A stretch of 64,000 nucleotides of DNA from Tepidiformaceae bacterium (lineage in GTDB: Bacteria > Chloroflexota > Dehalococcoidia > Tepidiformales > Tepidiformaceae), in contig CBDFIA010000002.1 in the NCBI GenBank assembly GCA_965247935.1, positions 3,139,327 through 3,203,326 of the forward strand, in the 5' to 3' direction. The position numbers were made by a program, and so were the translations under genes. Below are positions 56,158 through 64,000 of this stretch, piece by piece. Position 1 is the first letter of the stretch. Each line of letters begins with the position of its first letter. The notes beneath the pieces are model-generated. The model worked only from the letters and a program-made list of their open reading frames with translations, did no database searches and was not told the origin of the DNA.

Positions 56158-56212
56158 GCAGTCCTACTCCGTTGTTTCCGTCGTCAATGCGTCGCCGTGC
56201 CGCGTGGCGCGC

Positions 56213-56797
56213 CTAGTCGAAGCCGTACGGGGGGTGCTCGTCGACGAGGAGCATCCAGTAGCCAGTGAGCCGCATATCCCAGCGGTTGAACCCGGCGAGG
56301 AAGTTGTGCAGCCCCTGCGGCACTTGGCCCGTGATGAGCGCGGCGAACCACGCGATCACCATCAGGAAGAAGGAAACGATGCCCAGGAAGTAGAGGATGA
56401 TGTAATGCGGGATGATCAGGAAGATGCGGAAGAAGGTCGTGAGGCGGTCCCGTCCCTCGATCTGCTCGGCGACCATCAGCCGAATGGGGTAGTCATCCTC
56501 CGCGTCGAGGCTGAACGGTGGATAAACACTGGTCAGCAGCGACATATAGGCGTTCGCTCGCGCCTGCCAGCGGGTAGCGCCGATCGAGAAGCCGAGCATG
56601 CCTGCGGGGTAGCGCCCGGTGAACATGATCGCGAACCAGGCGAGAAACGTAATCACGAACTGCGCGATCTCGAGGAAGTACAGGATGATCAGGTGCGGGA
56701 TCGCGAGGATGATCCGGAAAAAGACCCCCAAGCGGCCCTGCGCCGCTGTCGCATCGACTGCCAATTGGATTGGATAGTTCGCCGCCATTGAAGTCAT
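56213..56797 (-). CDS. DUF4389-family membrane protein, paralog 2
   Basis: 194 aa. Collinear with paralog 1, roughly half the residues identical by eye, and the same FAIMFTGRYPAGML block. Confidence 0.75.
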   Translation of the reverse strand: MTSMAANYPIQLAVDATAAQGRLGVFFRIILAIPHLIILYFLEIAQFVITFLAWFAIMFTGRYPAGMLGFSIGATRWQARANAYMSLLTSVYPPFSLDAEDDYPIRLMVAEQIEGRDRLTTFFRIFLIIPHYIILYFLGIVSFFLMVIAWFAALITGQVPQGLHNFLAGFNRWDMRLTGYWMLLVDEHPPYGFD

Positions 56798-56856
56798 ACC
56801 AGCGCTCCTTCGGCCGGGCGTCTCGTCGCGCCCCGCACCCTGGGTCCCGGCCCCAC

Positions 56857-57561
56857 CTAGACCGCGACCCCCGCCGCGGCTTCGATCACTGATTGCCAGA
56901 TGCGGTTGCCGTCCACCCCGCCCACGAGCTCTTCGCCCGCGCGTTCGGGGTGGGGCATCATGCCGAGCACGTTGCCGGCCTCGTTGCGGATCCCGGCAAT
57001 GTTGCGTGCGCTGCCGTTCGGGTTAGCCGCGGCCGTGGGCTCGCCGCGATCGTCGCAGTAGCGGAAGACGACTCGCCCCGTGCGCTCGAGTTCGTCGAGC
57101 GTGTCGGGGTCGGCCTGGTAGTTGCCCTCGCCGTGGCTGATAGGGATGCGCAGCACCTCGCCATCGCCGATCGCGGACGCCCAGGGCGTCTCGACGCCCT
57201 CGCGGCGCAGGTGGCTCCACTCACAGCGGAAGCGCAGGCTGCGGTTACGAATGAGCGCGCCCGGCAAGAGGCCGCTCTCGCAGAGCACCTGGAAGCCGTT
57301 GCAGACGCCGATGACGGGCAGGCCCGCCTCCGCGGCGCGAATCACTGCGTCCATGATCGGCGAGAAGCGCGCGATCGCGCCGCAGCGGAGGTAGTCGCCA
57401 TAGGAGAAGCCGCCCGGCAGCACGACGGCATCGAACCCGCTGAGCGAGGTCTCCCGGTGCCAGACGATCTGTGTCTCTTGGCCGAGCACATCGCCGAGGA
57501 CGTGTTCGCAGTCACGATCGCTCCAGGTTCCTGGGAAGCGAACGATCGCGAACCGCATCAA
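56857..57561 (-). CDS. purQ: phosphoribosylformylglycinamidine synthase subunit PurQ (glutaminase)
   Basis: GVCNGFQ nucleophile-Cys motif and MPHPER motif. 234 aa. Confidence 0.93.
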   Translation of the reverse strand: MMRFAIVRFPGTWSDRDCEHVLGDVLGQETQIVWHRETSLSGFDAVVLPGGFSYGDYLRCGAIARFSPIMDAVIRAAEAGLPVIGVCNGFQVLCESGLLPGALIRNRSLRFRCEWSHLRREGVETPWASAIGDGEVLRIPISHGEGNYQADPDTLDELERTGRVVFRYCDDRGEPTAAANPNGSARNIAGIRNEAGNVLGMMPHPERAGEELVGGVDGNRIWQSVIEAAAGVAV

Positions 57562-57645
57562 CCCCCCGCGGGCGCCGGTAAAGGCGCGAAGCGCCGCGGA
57601 GTATAGCAGCGCCGCCGGCTCCGCCCGTCGAGATTTCGCTGGGTG

Positions 57646-59778
57646 CTAGGAACCGGCAGCATCGCTCACCTCGATACCGACCGCAGCGGGGTACTCGATG
57701 CGTGGGTGGTAGAACGCCCGCAGGGTCGCGCGGAAGCTCGCGGCAACGTCCTGGAGCTCGCGCATCGTGATGTCGCACTCGTCGAGCTGGCCCTCCGCGA
57801 GGCGCTCCGCGAAGACCGCGTTCACGAGCTCGTCCATCTCCTCGTTCGTATCGGGCTGGCTCGCCCGCACGATCGCTTCGCAGGAGTCGGCGAGCATGAC
57901 GATTGCGTGTTCTTTCTCCTGCGGCCGCGGACCGGGGTAGCGGAACGCCTCGGGATCGACTTCACCGTCGGCCGAAGCCTGGCGATAGAAGTAGGTCACG
58001 AGGCGGGTGCCGTGGTGCTGGGGGATGAAGTCGCGCACGATCGCAGGCAGGCGGCTTTTCCTCGCGAGGTCGATGCCGCCCGTGACGTGCTGATGGATGA
58101 GGCGCGCGCTCTCCTCGGGCGCGAGACCATCATGCGCGCTTGCCCCCCGTTCGATGTTGTTCTCGATGAAGTACTGGGGCTGCTGGAGCTTGCCGATGTC
58201 GTGGTAGTACGCGCCCGCACGCACAAGCAGCGCGTCCGCACCGACCCGGTTCGCGGCCTGCTCGGCGAGCGTCGCCACCATCATGCTGTGGTGGTAGGTC
58301 CCCGGGGCTTGGTCCTGGAGGCGCAGCAGCAGCGGGTGCCCCGACTGCGCGAGCTCCATGAGCTGCATGCGCGTGGTCACTCCCAGGGCCAGTGACAGCA
58401 AGACGTGGACGCTCAGGCCGAGGACCGCTGCGCCCGCTCCCGTCAACGCCGCCGCAGCCGAGAGCCAGCCCAGGCTGGCGTTGGAGCGCTGTTCGGTGAG
58501 GAACCAGAACGCGAGGAGCACGGCGCCGGTGGCAACACCCACGGCGAGACCGGCGAGGGCGAAGCGGCCCAAGCGCTCCGTGCGCTGGATCGCGGCCGCG
58601 CCCGCGAGTCCACCGGCGGCGTAGGCCATCACCAGTTCCAGCGGTTCGAGCGTGCTGGTAAACTCGGCGCCTGCGAGGTCCGGCGTCGTCATGGCGATGA
58701 AGCCGGCGAAGAGGGCGACGCCGATGGCCACGACCGCGCCGAATCTCGGCGCGGACACCGAGGCCACGACCACCGCCGCGGCCGCGACCGGGATGGCGTA
58801 CGGATAGAACCGTGCTTCATCGTCGGGGAGCAACGCGGGGAGGGCGAGCCGCACCGCCAGCAGCGTTCCCAGCACGGCGACGAGGGTCATGAGCACGCGC
58901 CGCTCGGCTGGCTGCGCGAACGGCTGCAGCCGGTAGAGGTACACCCCCAGCGCTGTGCCGAGGGACCCGGCGATGAGGAACCCGGCCCCCAGATCGTAGA
59001 AGTCGAAGCCCTCCTCGATGACCCCCGTCTCCAGCAGCGCCTCGATCAGCGCCGCATCGAGCTGCTGCCCCTCTGCCACGAGCACCTGTCCCGCGCTGTA
59101 CGTCACGATCACGGGATCGACCGCCGCGCGCGCTTCGTCCTGGCGCACGCGTGTCGCCTCGTCGTCGATCTCGACGTTGGCGACCACGAAGGTCTCCAGC
59201 AGCTCACGCAGCGCCCCTTCGCCGTTGGTGAACGAGGGCACGTTGCCAACCAAGAGATACGCCTCTATGCGGCTCCTTTGGTCCTCGCTGAGCACCGGCG
59301 AGGCGAGGATTACGGACACGCCTCTCGCGGCCGTCGCGCGCAGGTCCTCAAAAGCCGCTTCGTCGAGCGAGAGGAGCGTCGAGCGGATGGCGACGCCAAG
59401 GCCCTCGCTGCTGGGCAGGGCGTCGAGGGCGGCGAGCTGCTCATCGAAGGAGAGCCCGTCGTCGTTACGGATCTCGGTCACCCCGTCGAAGAGCGAGGCG
59501 AGGAGCGTGAGTTGATCGTCGCGCAATGCCGGGAGGGGGGCGGTGGCGGGATCGACGGCGGCGGCGGCGGCGGCGCGCGCTTCTTCGGTGAGCGCTTCCG
59601 AGACGTACTGGCGGTCATTCGCTGCGGCGAGGGCCCGGGGTGCGACGTCACCCTCGTGGAACTCGTCGCCCTCGGGCAGGAAGGGAACGACAAGCGCGGC
59701 CGCGCCAAGGGCGATGAGGATGCCGAAGAGGGCTGCGCCTGTGCGTGTTACCACCGGATCTGGGCGTCGGCGCAGCAT
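57646..59778 (-). CDS. 7TM-HD (PgpH-like) membrane phosphohydrolase with an HDIG domain
   Basis: Extracellular N-domain, a 7TM block, then HSMMVA...YYHDIGK and an HD-domain C-terminus. Confidence 0.85.
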   Translation of the reverse strand: MLRRRPDPVVTRTGAALFGILIALGAAALVVPFLPEGDEFHEGDVAPRALAAANDRQYVSEALTEEARAAAAAAVDPATAPLPALRDDQLTLLASLFDGVTEIRNDDGLSFDEQLAALDALPSSEGLGVAIRSTLLSLDEAAFEDLRATAARGVSVILASPVLSEDQRSRIEAYLLVGNVPSFTNGEGALRELLETFVVANVEIDDEATRVRQDEARAAVDPVIVTYSAGQVLVAEGQQLDAALIEALLETGVIEEGFDFYDLGAGFLIAGSLGTALGVYLYRLQPFAQPAERRVLMTLVAVLGTLLAVRLALPALLPDDEARFYPYAIPVAAAAVVVASVSAPRFGAVVAIGVALFAGFIAMTTPDLAGAEFTSTLEPLELVMAYAAGGLAGAAAIQRTERLGRFALAGLAVGVATGAVLLAFWFLTEQRSNASLGWLSAAAALTGAGAAVLGLSVHVLLSLALGVTTRMQLMELAQSGHPLLLRLQDQAPGTYHHSMMVATLAEQAANRVGADALLVRAGAYYHDIGKLQQPQYFIENNIERGASAHDGLAPEESARLIHQHVTGGIDLARKSRLPAIVRDFIPQHHGTRLVTYFYRQASADGEVDPEAFRYPGPRPQEKEHAIVMLADSCEAIVRASQPDTNEEMDELVNAVFAERLAEGQLDECDITMRELQDVAASFRATLRAFYHPRIEYPAAVGIEVSDAAGS

Positions 59779-59950
59779 GGGGTGCGCTTCCGATGATAGC
59801 AGAGCACCTCCTTCGCTCAGCTCGCGGGCGCGGTTCCTCGGTCCTGCCCGGGCGCGGTTCGGTGCGGGCGGAGACGGGCGTATCGTGGGCGATCGCGCCG
59901 TCCCCCCGGACCGTGGTCTGGGTGGCTACCGACGGTTCCGGGAGGCGATT

Positions 59951-61093
59951 GTGGCGGATATCACGGGCCGGGTCCGGGATGGCCTCGAGGAACTGATCGA
60001 GAGTGGCGTTGAAGTCGGGCTCCAGGTGGCCGCTTACCACCACGGTGAGCTCGTGGTCGATACCTGGGCCGGGCTCGCGGACGTCGAGTCCGGGCGCCCG
60101 GTGGACGGCGAGACGCTCTTCACCTCGTTCTCGTGCACCAAGGGAGTAACCGCGACCGCAATCCATATCCTCGTAGAGCGAGGCGTGCTCGCCTACGACG
60201 AGCCGATCGCGACGCACTGGCCCGAGTTCGCTCAGCGCGGCAAGCAGAGCGCGACGATCCGGCACGCGCTGACGCACCGCGTGGGCGTGCCCCAGATGCC
60301 CGACGTGGTGACCCCGGAGCTGATGGCGGATTGGGACTACATGTGCGAAGGGATCGCCGCGCTCGAACCGCTCTGGGAACCCGGAGCGAAGACGGGCTAC
60401 CACGCCTACACCTTCGGCTGGATTCTCGGCGAGGTCCTGCGCCGAGCCGACGGCCGTGCCATCGCGCAGTTCGTGCAAGATGAGATCTGTGCGCCGCTAG
60501 GCCTCGACGGGATCTACTTCGGTATCGATGACGCGGCCGAGCCGCGCGTGGCGACGCTCGTCGACGGCCCTCGCCCCGATGCGCCCGCGGCGCCCCTCGA
60601 CACCCTCATCGCGCGTGCGATCCCTCCGGCCGTGGGGATCGTGGCCGCGCCCTACAACCAGCGGGCCGTGCGGCGCGCGGCGCTGCCCGCGCACGGTGGC
60701 CTCATGAGTGCCCGCTCCCTCGCGCGCCACTACGCCGCGCTCGGGAACGGTGGCGAGTTGGACGGCGTCCGCATCCTGCAGGAGGAGCGGGTGCGGACCG
60801 CGACGGCGCTGCAGACCGACGATGTCGACCAAGCGATCGTGCAACCCGTCCGAAAGGCGCTCGGCTACTTCCAGAGCGGCCCTATCTCCGCGATGGGACC
60901 GCGCACGACGGCGTTTGGGCATCCAGGGGCGGGGGGAGCGCTCGGCTTCGCCGATCCAGAGCAGGAGTTCGCTTTCGCCATCACGAAGAATTCGCTCGTC
61001 GCCGGTGCCGAGCCCGGGGCCAGCGCGGCCGCGGTTATTGGCAGCCTGGTACGCCGGGAGCTGGGCTTCCCCGACGAGGCCGCGTCCAGCTAG
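59951..61093 (+). CDS. serine hydrolase of the beta-lactamase / class C esterase family
   Basis: SCTKG is an SxxK motif. Start proposed at GTG 59951, 5 nt after GGGAGG. The upstream part of the ORF is not protein-like. Confidence 0.8.
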   Translation: MADITGRVRDGLEELIESGVEVGLQVAAYHHGELVVDTWAGLADVESGRPVDGETLFTSFSCTKGVTATAIHILVERGVLAYDEPIATHWPEFAQRGKQSATIRHALTHRVGVPQMPDVVTPELMADWDYMCEGIAALEPLWEPGAKTGYHAYTFGWILGEVLRRADGRAIAQFVQDEICAPLGLDGIYFGIDDAAEPRVATLVDGPRPDAPAAPLDTLIARAIPPAVGIVAAPYNQRAVRRAALPAHGGLMSARSLARHYAALGNGGELDGVRILQEERVRTATALQTDDVDQAIVQPVRKALGYFQSGPISAMGPRTTAFGHPGAGGALGFADPEQEFAFAITKNSLVAGAEPGASAAAVIGSLVRRELGFPDEAASS

Positions 61094-61536
61094 TTCAGCA
61101 GCTCGCGCACGACTTCGTTGATCTGGCGCCCATCGGCGCGGCCGCGGAACCGCTCCACGAGCAGCGGCATCACCTTGCCGATGTCTCGGGGCCCGGAGGC
61201 GCCGGCCTCTGCCACGACAGCGCGTGCGGCCTCGACGATCTCGTCGCGGCTCGCCTCTTCCGGAAGGTAGCCCGCGAACGCGTCGAGCTCCCGCTCCTCC
61301 TGCGCCACGAGGTCGTCCCGCCCGGCTTTGCTGAACTCGGCGATGCTCTCGCGGCGTTGCTTGACCTGCCGCTGGACGACCGCGAGGAGGTCACCCTCGG
61401 CGAGATCGCCGCGGGCCTTGATTTCGGCGTTCTTGATTGCGGCGGTGAGCATCCGCAGGGCCGCCTTGCGTGGCTCGTCCTTCGCGCGCATCGCGTCGCG
61501 CAGGTCGTCCTGGATGCGGTCCTTGAGCGTGGCCAT
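61090..61536 (-). CDS. GatB/YqeY-domain protein
   Basis: 148 aa from MATLKDRIQDDLRDAMRAKD. Typical YqeY N-terminus and length. Confidence 0.85.
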   Translation of the reverse strand: MATLKDRIQDDLRDAMRAKDEPRKAALRMLTAAIKNAEIKARGDLAEGDLLAVVQRQVKQRRESIAEFSKAGRDDLVAQEERELDAFAGYLPEEASRDEIVEAARAVVAEAGASGPRDIGKVMPLLVERFRGRADGRQINEVVRELLN

Positions 61537-61661
61537 AGGGGGCGCGCTGATCACCCTACCATCCGTCCGCAGGCAACACCCGCGGCTCAGATCCCGCCGG
61601 CCGACCAACTGCCTCCGTCTCCCCCCGCCCGGGGACGAACGGCCTGCGCCGGAGGCCACGG

Positions 61662-62235
61662 ATGATGGCGCTCAACGCATCTCGCGGCGAGCGCTCCTCG
61701 GGTTCGCCGCTGGTGGCATCGGCTCCCTGGCGCTGGGGGGCTTTCTCGCGACGCGCCCCACTCGTCGCGACGAGGCGCTCGCGCCCAGTGAGCCACGCGC
61801 GCTTCCCCCGCAACCCACCCCCACGCCCAGCCCCGCCTCGCTGGTCGTTCCCGCAAGCGGGCTCTTTGAGCGGCTCGACTACACTCCCGGCGAGCCCGTC
61901 GATAGCGCTCACGGGATCCTCTTCCTGACGACCCGCGGGGACGCCGTCGGGCGCATCGAAGGCTGGCGGCTCCGCGACGACGCCTTCGCCAGGGACCCGC
62001 CACGCTGCGGCGTGAGCCCTGGCGGGCGCTACGTCACTGCGCCCGGCGCACTCCTCGATCGAAGCACGGGTCAACAGTACGCCTGGCTTGCGGAACAGCT
62101 TTGGCTGAGAACCCCGAGCGAGCCATGCTCTTCGCCAGCCTCCCCGGTCGCAATGGTGACCTCGAATCGACGGTCGCCCACTATGTGACGGACGCCGAGC
62201 GAGCCCGCCCACCCTCTCTGAACTCTAAACCTTGA
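61662..62235 (+). pseudogene. Tat-signal-bearing hypothetical protein with at least 1-2 frameshifts
   Basis: ATGATG at 61662 follows GGAGG, but the twin-arginine signal (ISRRALLGFAAGGIGSLALGG) is in the adjacent frame. A second switch near 62095 is suggested by the protein-like ENPERAMLFASLPGRNGDLESTVAHYVTD in a third frame. Confidence 0.45.
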
Positions 62236-62247
62236 ACGCTGAACTCC
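62209..62247 (+). repeat. heptad-repeat intergenic element, copy 4
   Basis: ccaccctctctgaac tctaaac cttgaac gctgaac tcc, upstream of the dapL-type aminotransferase gene. Confidence 0.7.
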
Positions 62248-62337
62248 GTCCGCGGCAACGGCGCGGGCGGTGCGGTACCATCCGGGCTCGCGCGGCGCGC
62301 CCGCGCGCCACCCATCCCAGAACCGCCAGGAGAACCC

Positions 62338-63501
62338 ATGAAGCTCGCGAAGCGGGTCGAAGAGCTCCCGCCCTACCTCTTCGCCCAGATCTCCAAGACG
62401 ATCGCGGCGAAGAAGGCGGAAGGTCACGATGTCGTCACCTTCGGCATCGGCGACCCGGACCTGCCCACGCCCCCCAACATCCTGGGGGCGCTCCATCGCG
62501 CGGCGGACGACCCCGCCAACCACCGCTACCCCGAGTCGGAGGGGCTGCCCGAGCTGCGCCAAGCGATCGCGGACTGGTACCAGCGGCGCTTCGAGGTCTC
62601 CTTCGATGCCGAGCGCGAGACCCTCGCGCTGATCGGGTCGAAGGAGGGCATCGCCCATATGGCCCTCACGCTGATCGACCCGGGCGACATTGCGCTCGTC
62701 ACCGATCCCGGCTACCCCGTCTACGAGATCGGCACGATGTTCGCCGGCGGGGTCAGCATCAAGCTGCCGCTGACGCGCGAGTCGGGTTGGAAGCCGGACC
62801 TCGACGCCATTCCCGAGGATGTCGCGCACAAGGCCCGCGTGCTCTGGCTCAACTACCCCAACAACCCTACGGCTGCGGTCGCGGACTTCGCCTTCTTCGA
62901 GAAGGTCGTCGCCTGGGCGAAGGAGCACGACGTCTCCATCTGCCACGACAACCCCTACTGCGACGTCGCCTTCGACGGCTACAAGCCGATGTCGATCTTC
63001 CAGGTGCCGGGCGCCCGCGATGTCGCGATCGAGTTCAACTCCTGGTCGAAGATCTACAACATGACGGGCTGGCGGATTGGCATGGCCGTCGGCAACGCCG
63101 AGCTCGTCGACGCCCTCATGCGAGTGAAGTCGAATATCGACAGCGGCATCCCCCAGGCCATCCAGCACATGGCGATCGAAGCCGTCACGGGCCCCCAGGA
63201 CGTGATCGACGAGCACAACGCCATCTACGAGCACCGCCGCGACCGCATCGTCGAGACGCTGCAGAAGATCGGCCTCGAGGTCGACCCGCCGAAGGCCTCG
63301 CTTTACGTCTGGGCGAAGCTGCCGGACGGCGTGATCAGTGGTGACTTCGCTGCCCGCCTGATCGACGAATGTGCGGTGGTCGTGACCCCCGGCCGCGGCT
63401 ACGGCATCAACGGCGAGGGCTACGTCAGGCTCTCGGTCACCATCGCCGACGACCGCATGGAAGAGGGCCTGCAGCGCATAGAGGCCTGGAACGGGCTGTA
63501 G
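62338..63501 (+). CDS. dapL: LL-diaminopimelate aminotransferase-type class I aminotransferase
   Basis: 387 aa. LPPYLFA N-terminus, NYPNNPT and SWSKIYNMTGWRIG motifs. The dapL subtype call is by resemblance only. Confidence 0.8.
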   Translation: MKLAKRVEELPPYLFAQISKTIAAKKAEGHDVVTFGIGDPDLPTPPNILGALHRAADDPANHRYPESEGLPELRQAIADWYQRRFEVSFDAERETLALIGSKEGIAHMALTLIDPGDIALVTDPGYPVYEIGTMFAGGVSIKLPLTRESGWKPDLDAIPEDVAHKARVLWLNYPNNPTAAVADFAFFEKVVAWAKEHDVSICHDNPYCDVAFDGYKPMSIFQVPGARDVAIEFNSWSKIYNMTGWRIGMAVGNAELVDALMRVKSNIDSGIPQAIQHMAIEAVTGPQDVIDEHNAIYEHRRDRIVETLQKIGLEVDPPKASLYVWAKLPDGVISGDFAARLIDECAVVVTPGRGYGINGEGYVRLSVTIADDRMEEGLQRIEAWNGL

Positions 63502-63508
63502 GCGAGGA

Positions 63509-63778
63509 ATGAGCACTTCCGAACCTAGGCCGGGAGAGGCCGTCAAAGACGTGACCGTTACCGAGGACACGCTCTCCGTTGATCTCGTCGACGGGCGGAC
63601 CATCGTCGTGCCGCTGGCCTGGTTCCCGCGGCTCCTGCACGCCACCGCCGCCCAACGCTCGAATTGGCGGATCGCTGGGGGCGGCTTCGGCATCCACTGG
63701 CCCGAAATCGACGAGGACCTGAGCACTGGAGGGCTGCTGCGCGGAGCCCCCGCTCCGCGCAGCCAGGCGTCCGCGTAG
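63509..63778 (+). CDS. DUF2442-family small protein
   Basis: 89 aa. The pattern L.V.L.DGR...VPL.WFPRL..A....R..W.I.G.G.GIHWPE.DEDLS is typical of the family. Confidence 0.7.
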   Translation: MSTSEPRPGEAVKDVTVTEDTLSVDLVDGRTIVVPLAWFPRLLHATAAQRSNWRIAGGGFGIHWPEIDEDLSTGGLLRGAPAPRSQASA

Positions 63779-63816
63779 CCGGATCGCCCCTGCCGCGATC
63801 GGCTAAGCTTTCGCAG

Positions 63817-64000
63817 ATGGCGAAGCGCCTCCACTCCACTGCCCCCAAGGCCGACCGCGCCTACCTCGTCGCCGTCGATTCGCCCGGGGCGGCCCTGCCG
63901 GCGAGGGACTCGCTCGCGGAGCTCGCCGAGCTAGCGCGCACGGCCGGTGCGAAGGTCGTGGGTCGCGCGACACAGCGGCGGGGTCGGCCCGTGCCCGCGA
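63817..64000 (+). CDS. hflX: GTPase HflX, 5' part only (continues right of the window)
   Basis: My own translation from ATG 63817 gives MAKRLHSTAPKADRAYLVAVDSPG..SLAELAELARTAGAKVVG, matching the HflX N-terminal domain. The frame stays open to the end of the window. Confidence 0.7.
   Translation, partial: MAKRLHSTAPKADRAYLVAVDSPGAALPARDSLAELAELARTAGAKVVGRATQRRGRPVPA

Noticed and set aside
57562-57645. purS expected upstream of purQ.
   Set aside because: Only 84 nt separate purQ from the preceding PgpH-like gene, with no small ORF resembling PurS. It is presumably encoded elsewhere.

Overview
This is a 64 kb chromosomal window from a very GC-rich bacterium (roughly 68-70% GC by eye). It has Gram-positive-type Cheo SOS boxes, separate purQ and purL genes, and F420-type enzymes (a DDN-like and a PPOX-class protein). 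That fits Chloroflexota or Actinomycetota, but no taxon can be assigned from sequence alone.

**Backbone.** Most of the window is intact housekeeping: fmt-rlmN-queA, valS, uvrB, panDBC, mutM, ruvC, ruvA, yebC, surE, sucD, purQ, purL, a dapL-type aminotransferase and the start of hflX. These are interleaved with accessory genes. No rRNA, tRNA, CRISPR array, transposase or integrase was recognised.

**Main observations**
1. **Gene decay.** There are many decayed accessory genes: frameshifts, an in-frame TAA, in-frame internal deletions and short gene remnants. All essential genes are intact.
2. **SOS boxes.** Two palindromes with identical arms, TAGAAC-N4-GTTCTA, sit about 10 nt upstream of two unrelated genes. 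One is a short orphan ImuB-like gene with no imuA or dnaE2 nearby. The other is a membrane-anchored hypothetical in an AT-richer islet. uvrB, ruvC and ruvA carry no such box.
3. **Heptad repeat family.** An intergenic element of about 35-45 nt, built from NNTGAAC heptads, occurs 5 times in the window.
4. **Tandem repeat.** A non-coding 97-bp repeat (about 3.1 copies) lies upstream of yebC.
5. **Decayed surface-protein gene.** It has an SBBP repeat region and DUF11-type domains. It carries A-run insertions at the same codon in two adjacent repeat units.
6. **Smaller oddities.**
   - a PAP2 gene overlapping a radical-SAM gene by 1 nt
   - a Tat-exported caspase-fold lipoprotein with Ser in place of the catalytic Cys
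   - a DsbA-like protein whose two halves are in swapped order
   - tandem DUF4389 paralogs wedged between purQ and purL

All functional calls rest on motif recognition by eye. No database search was run.
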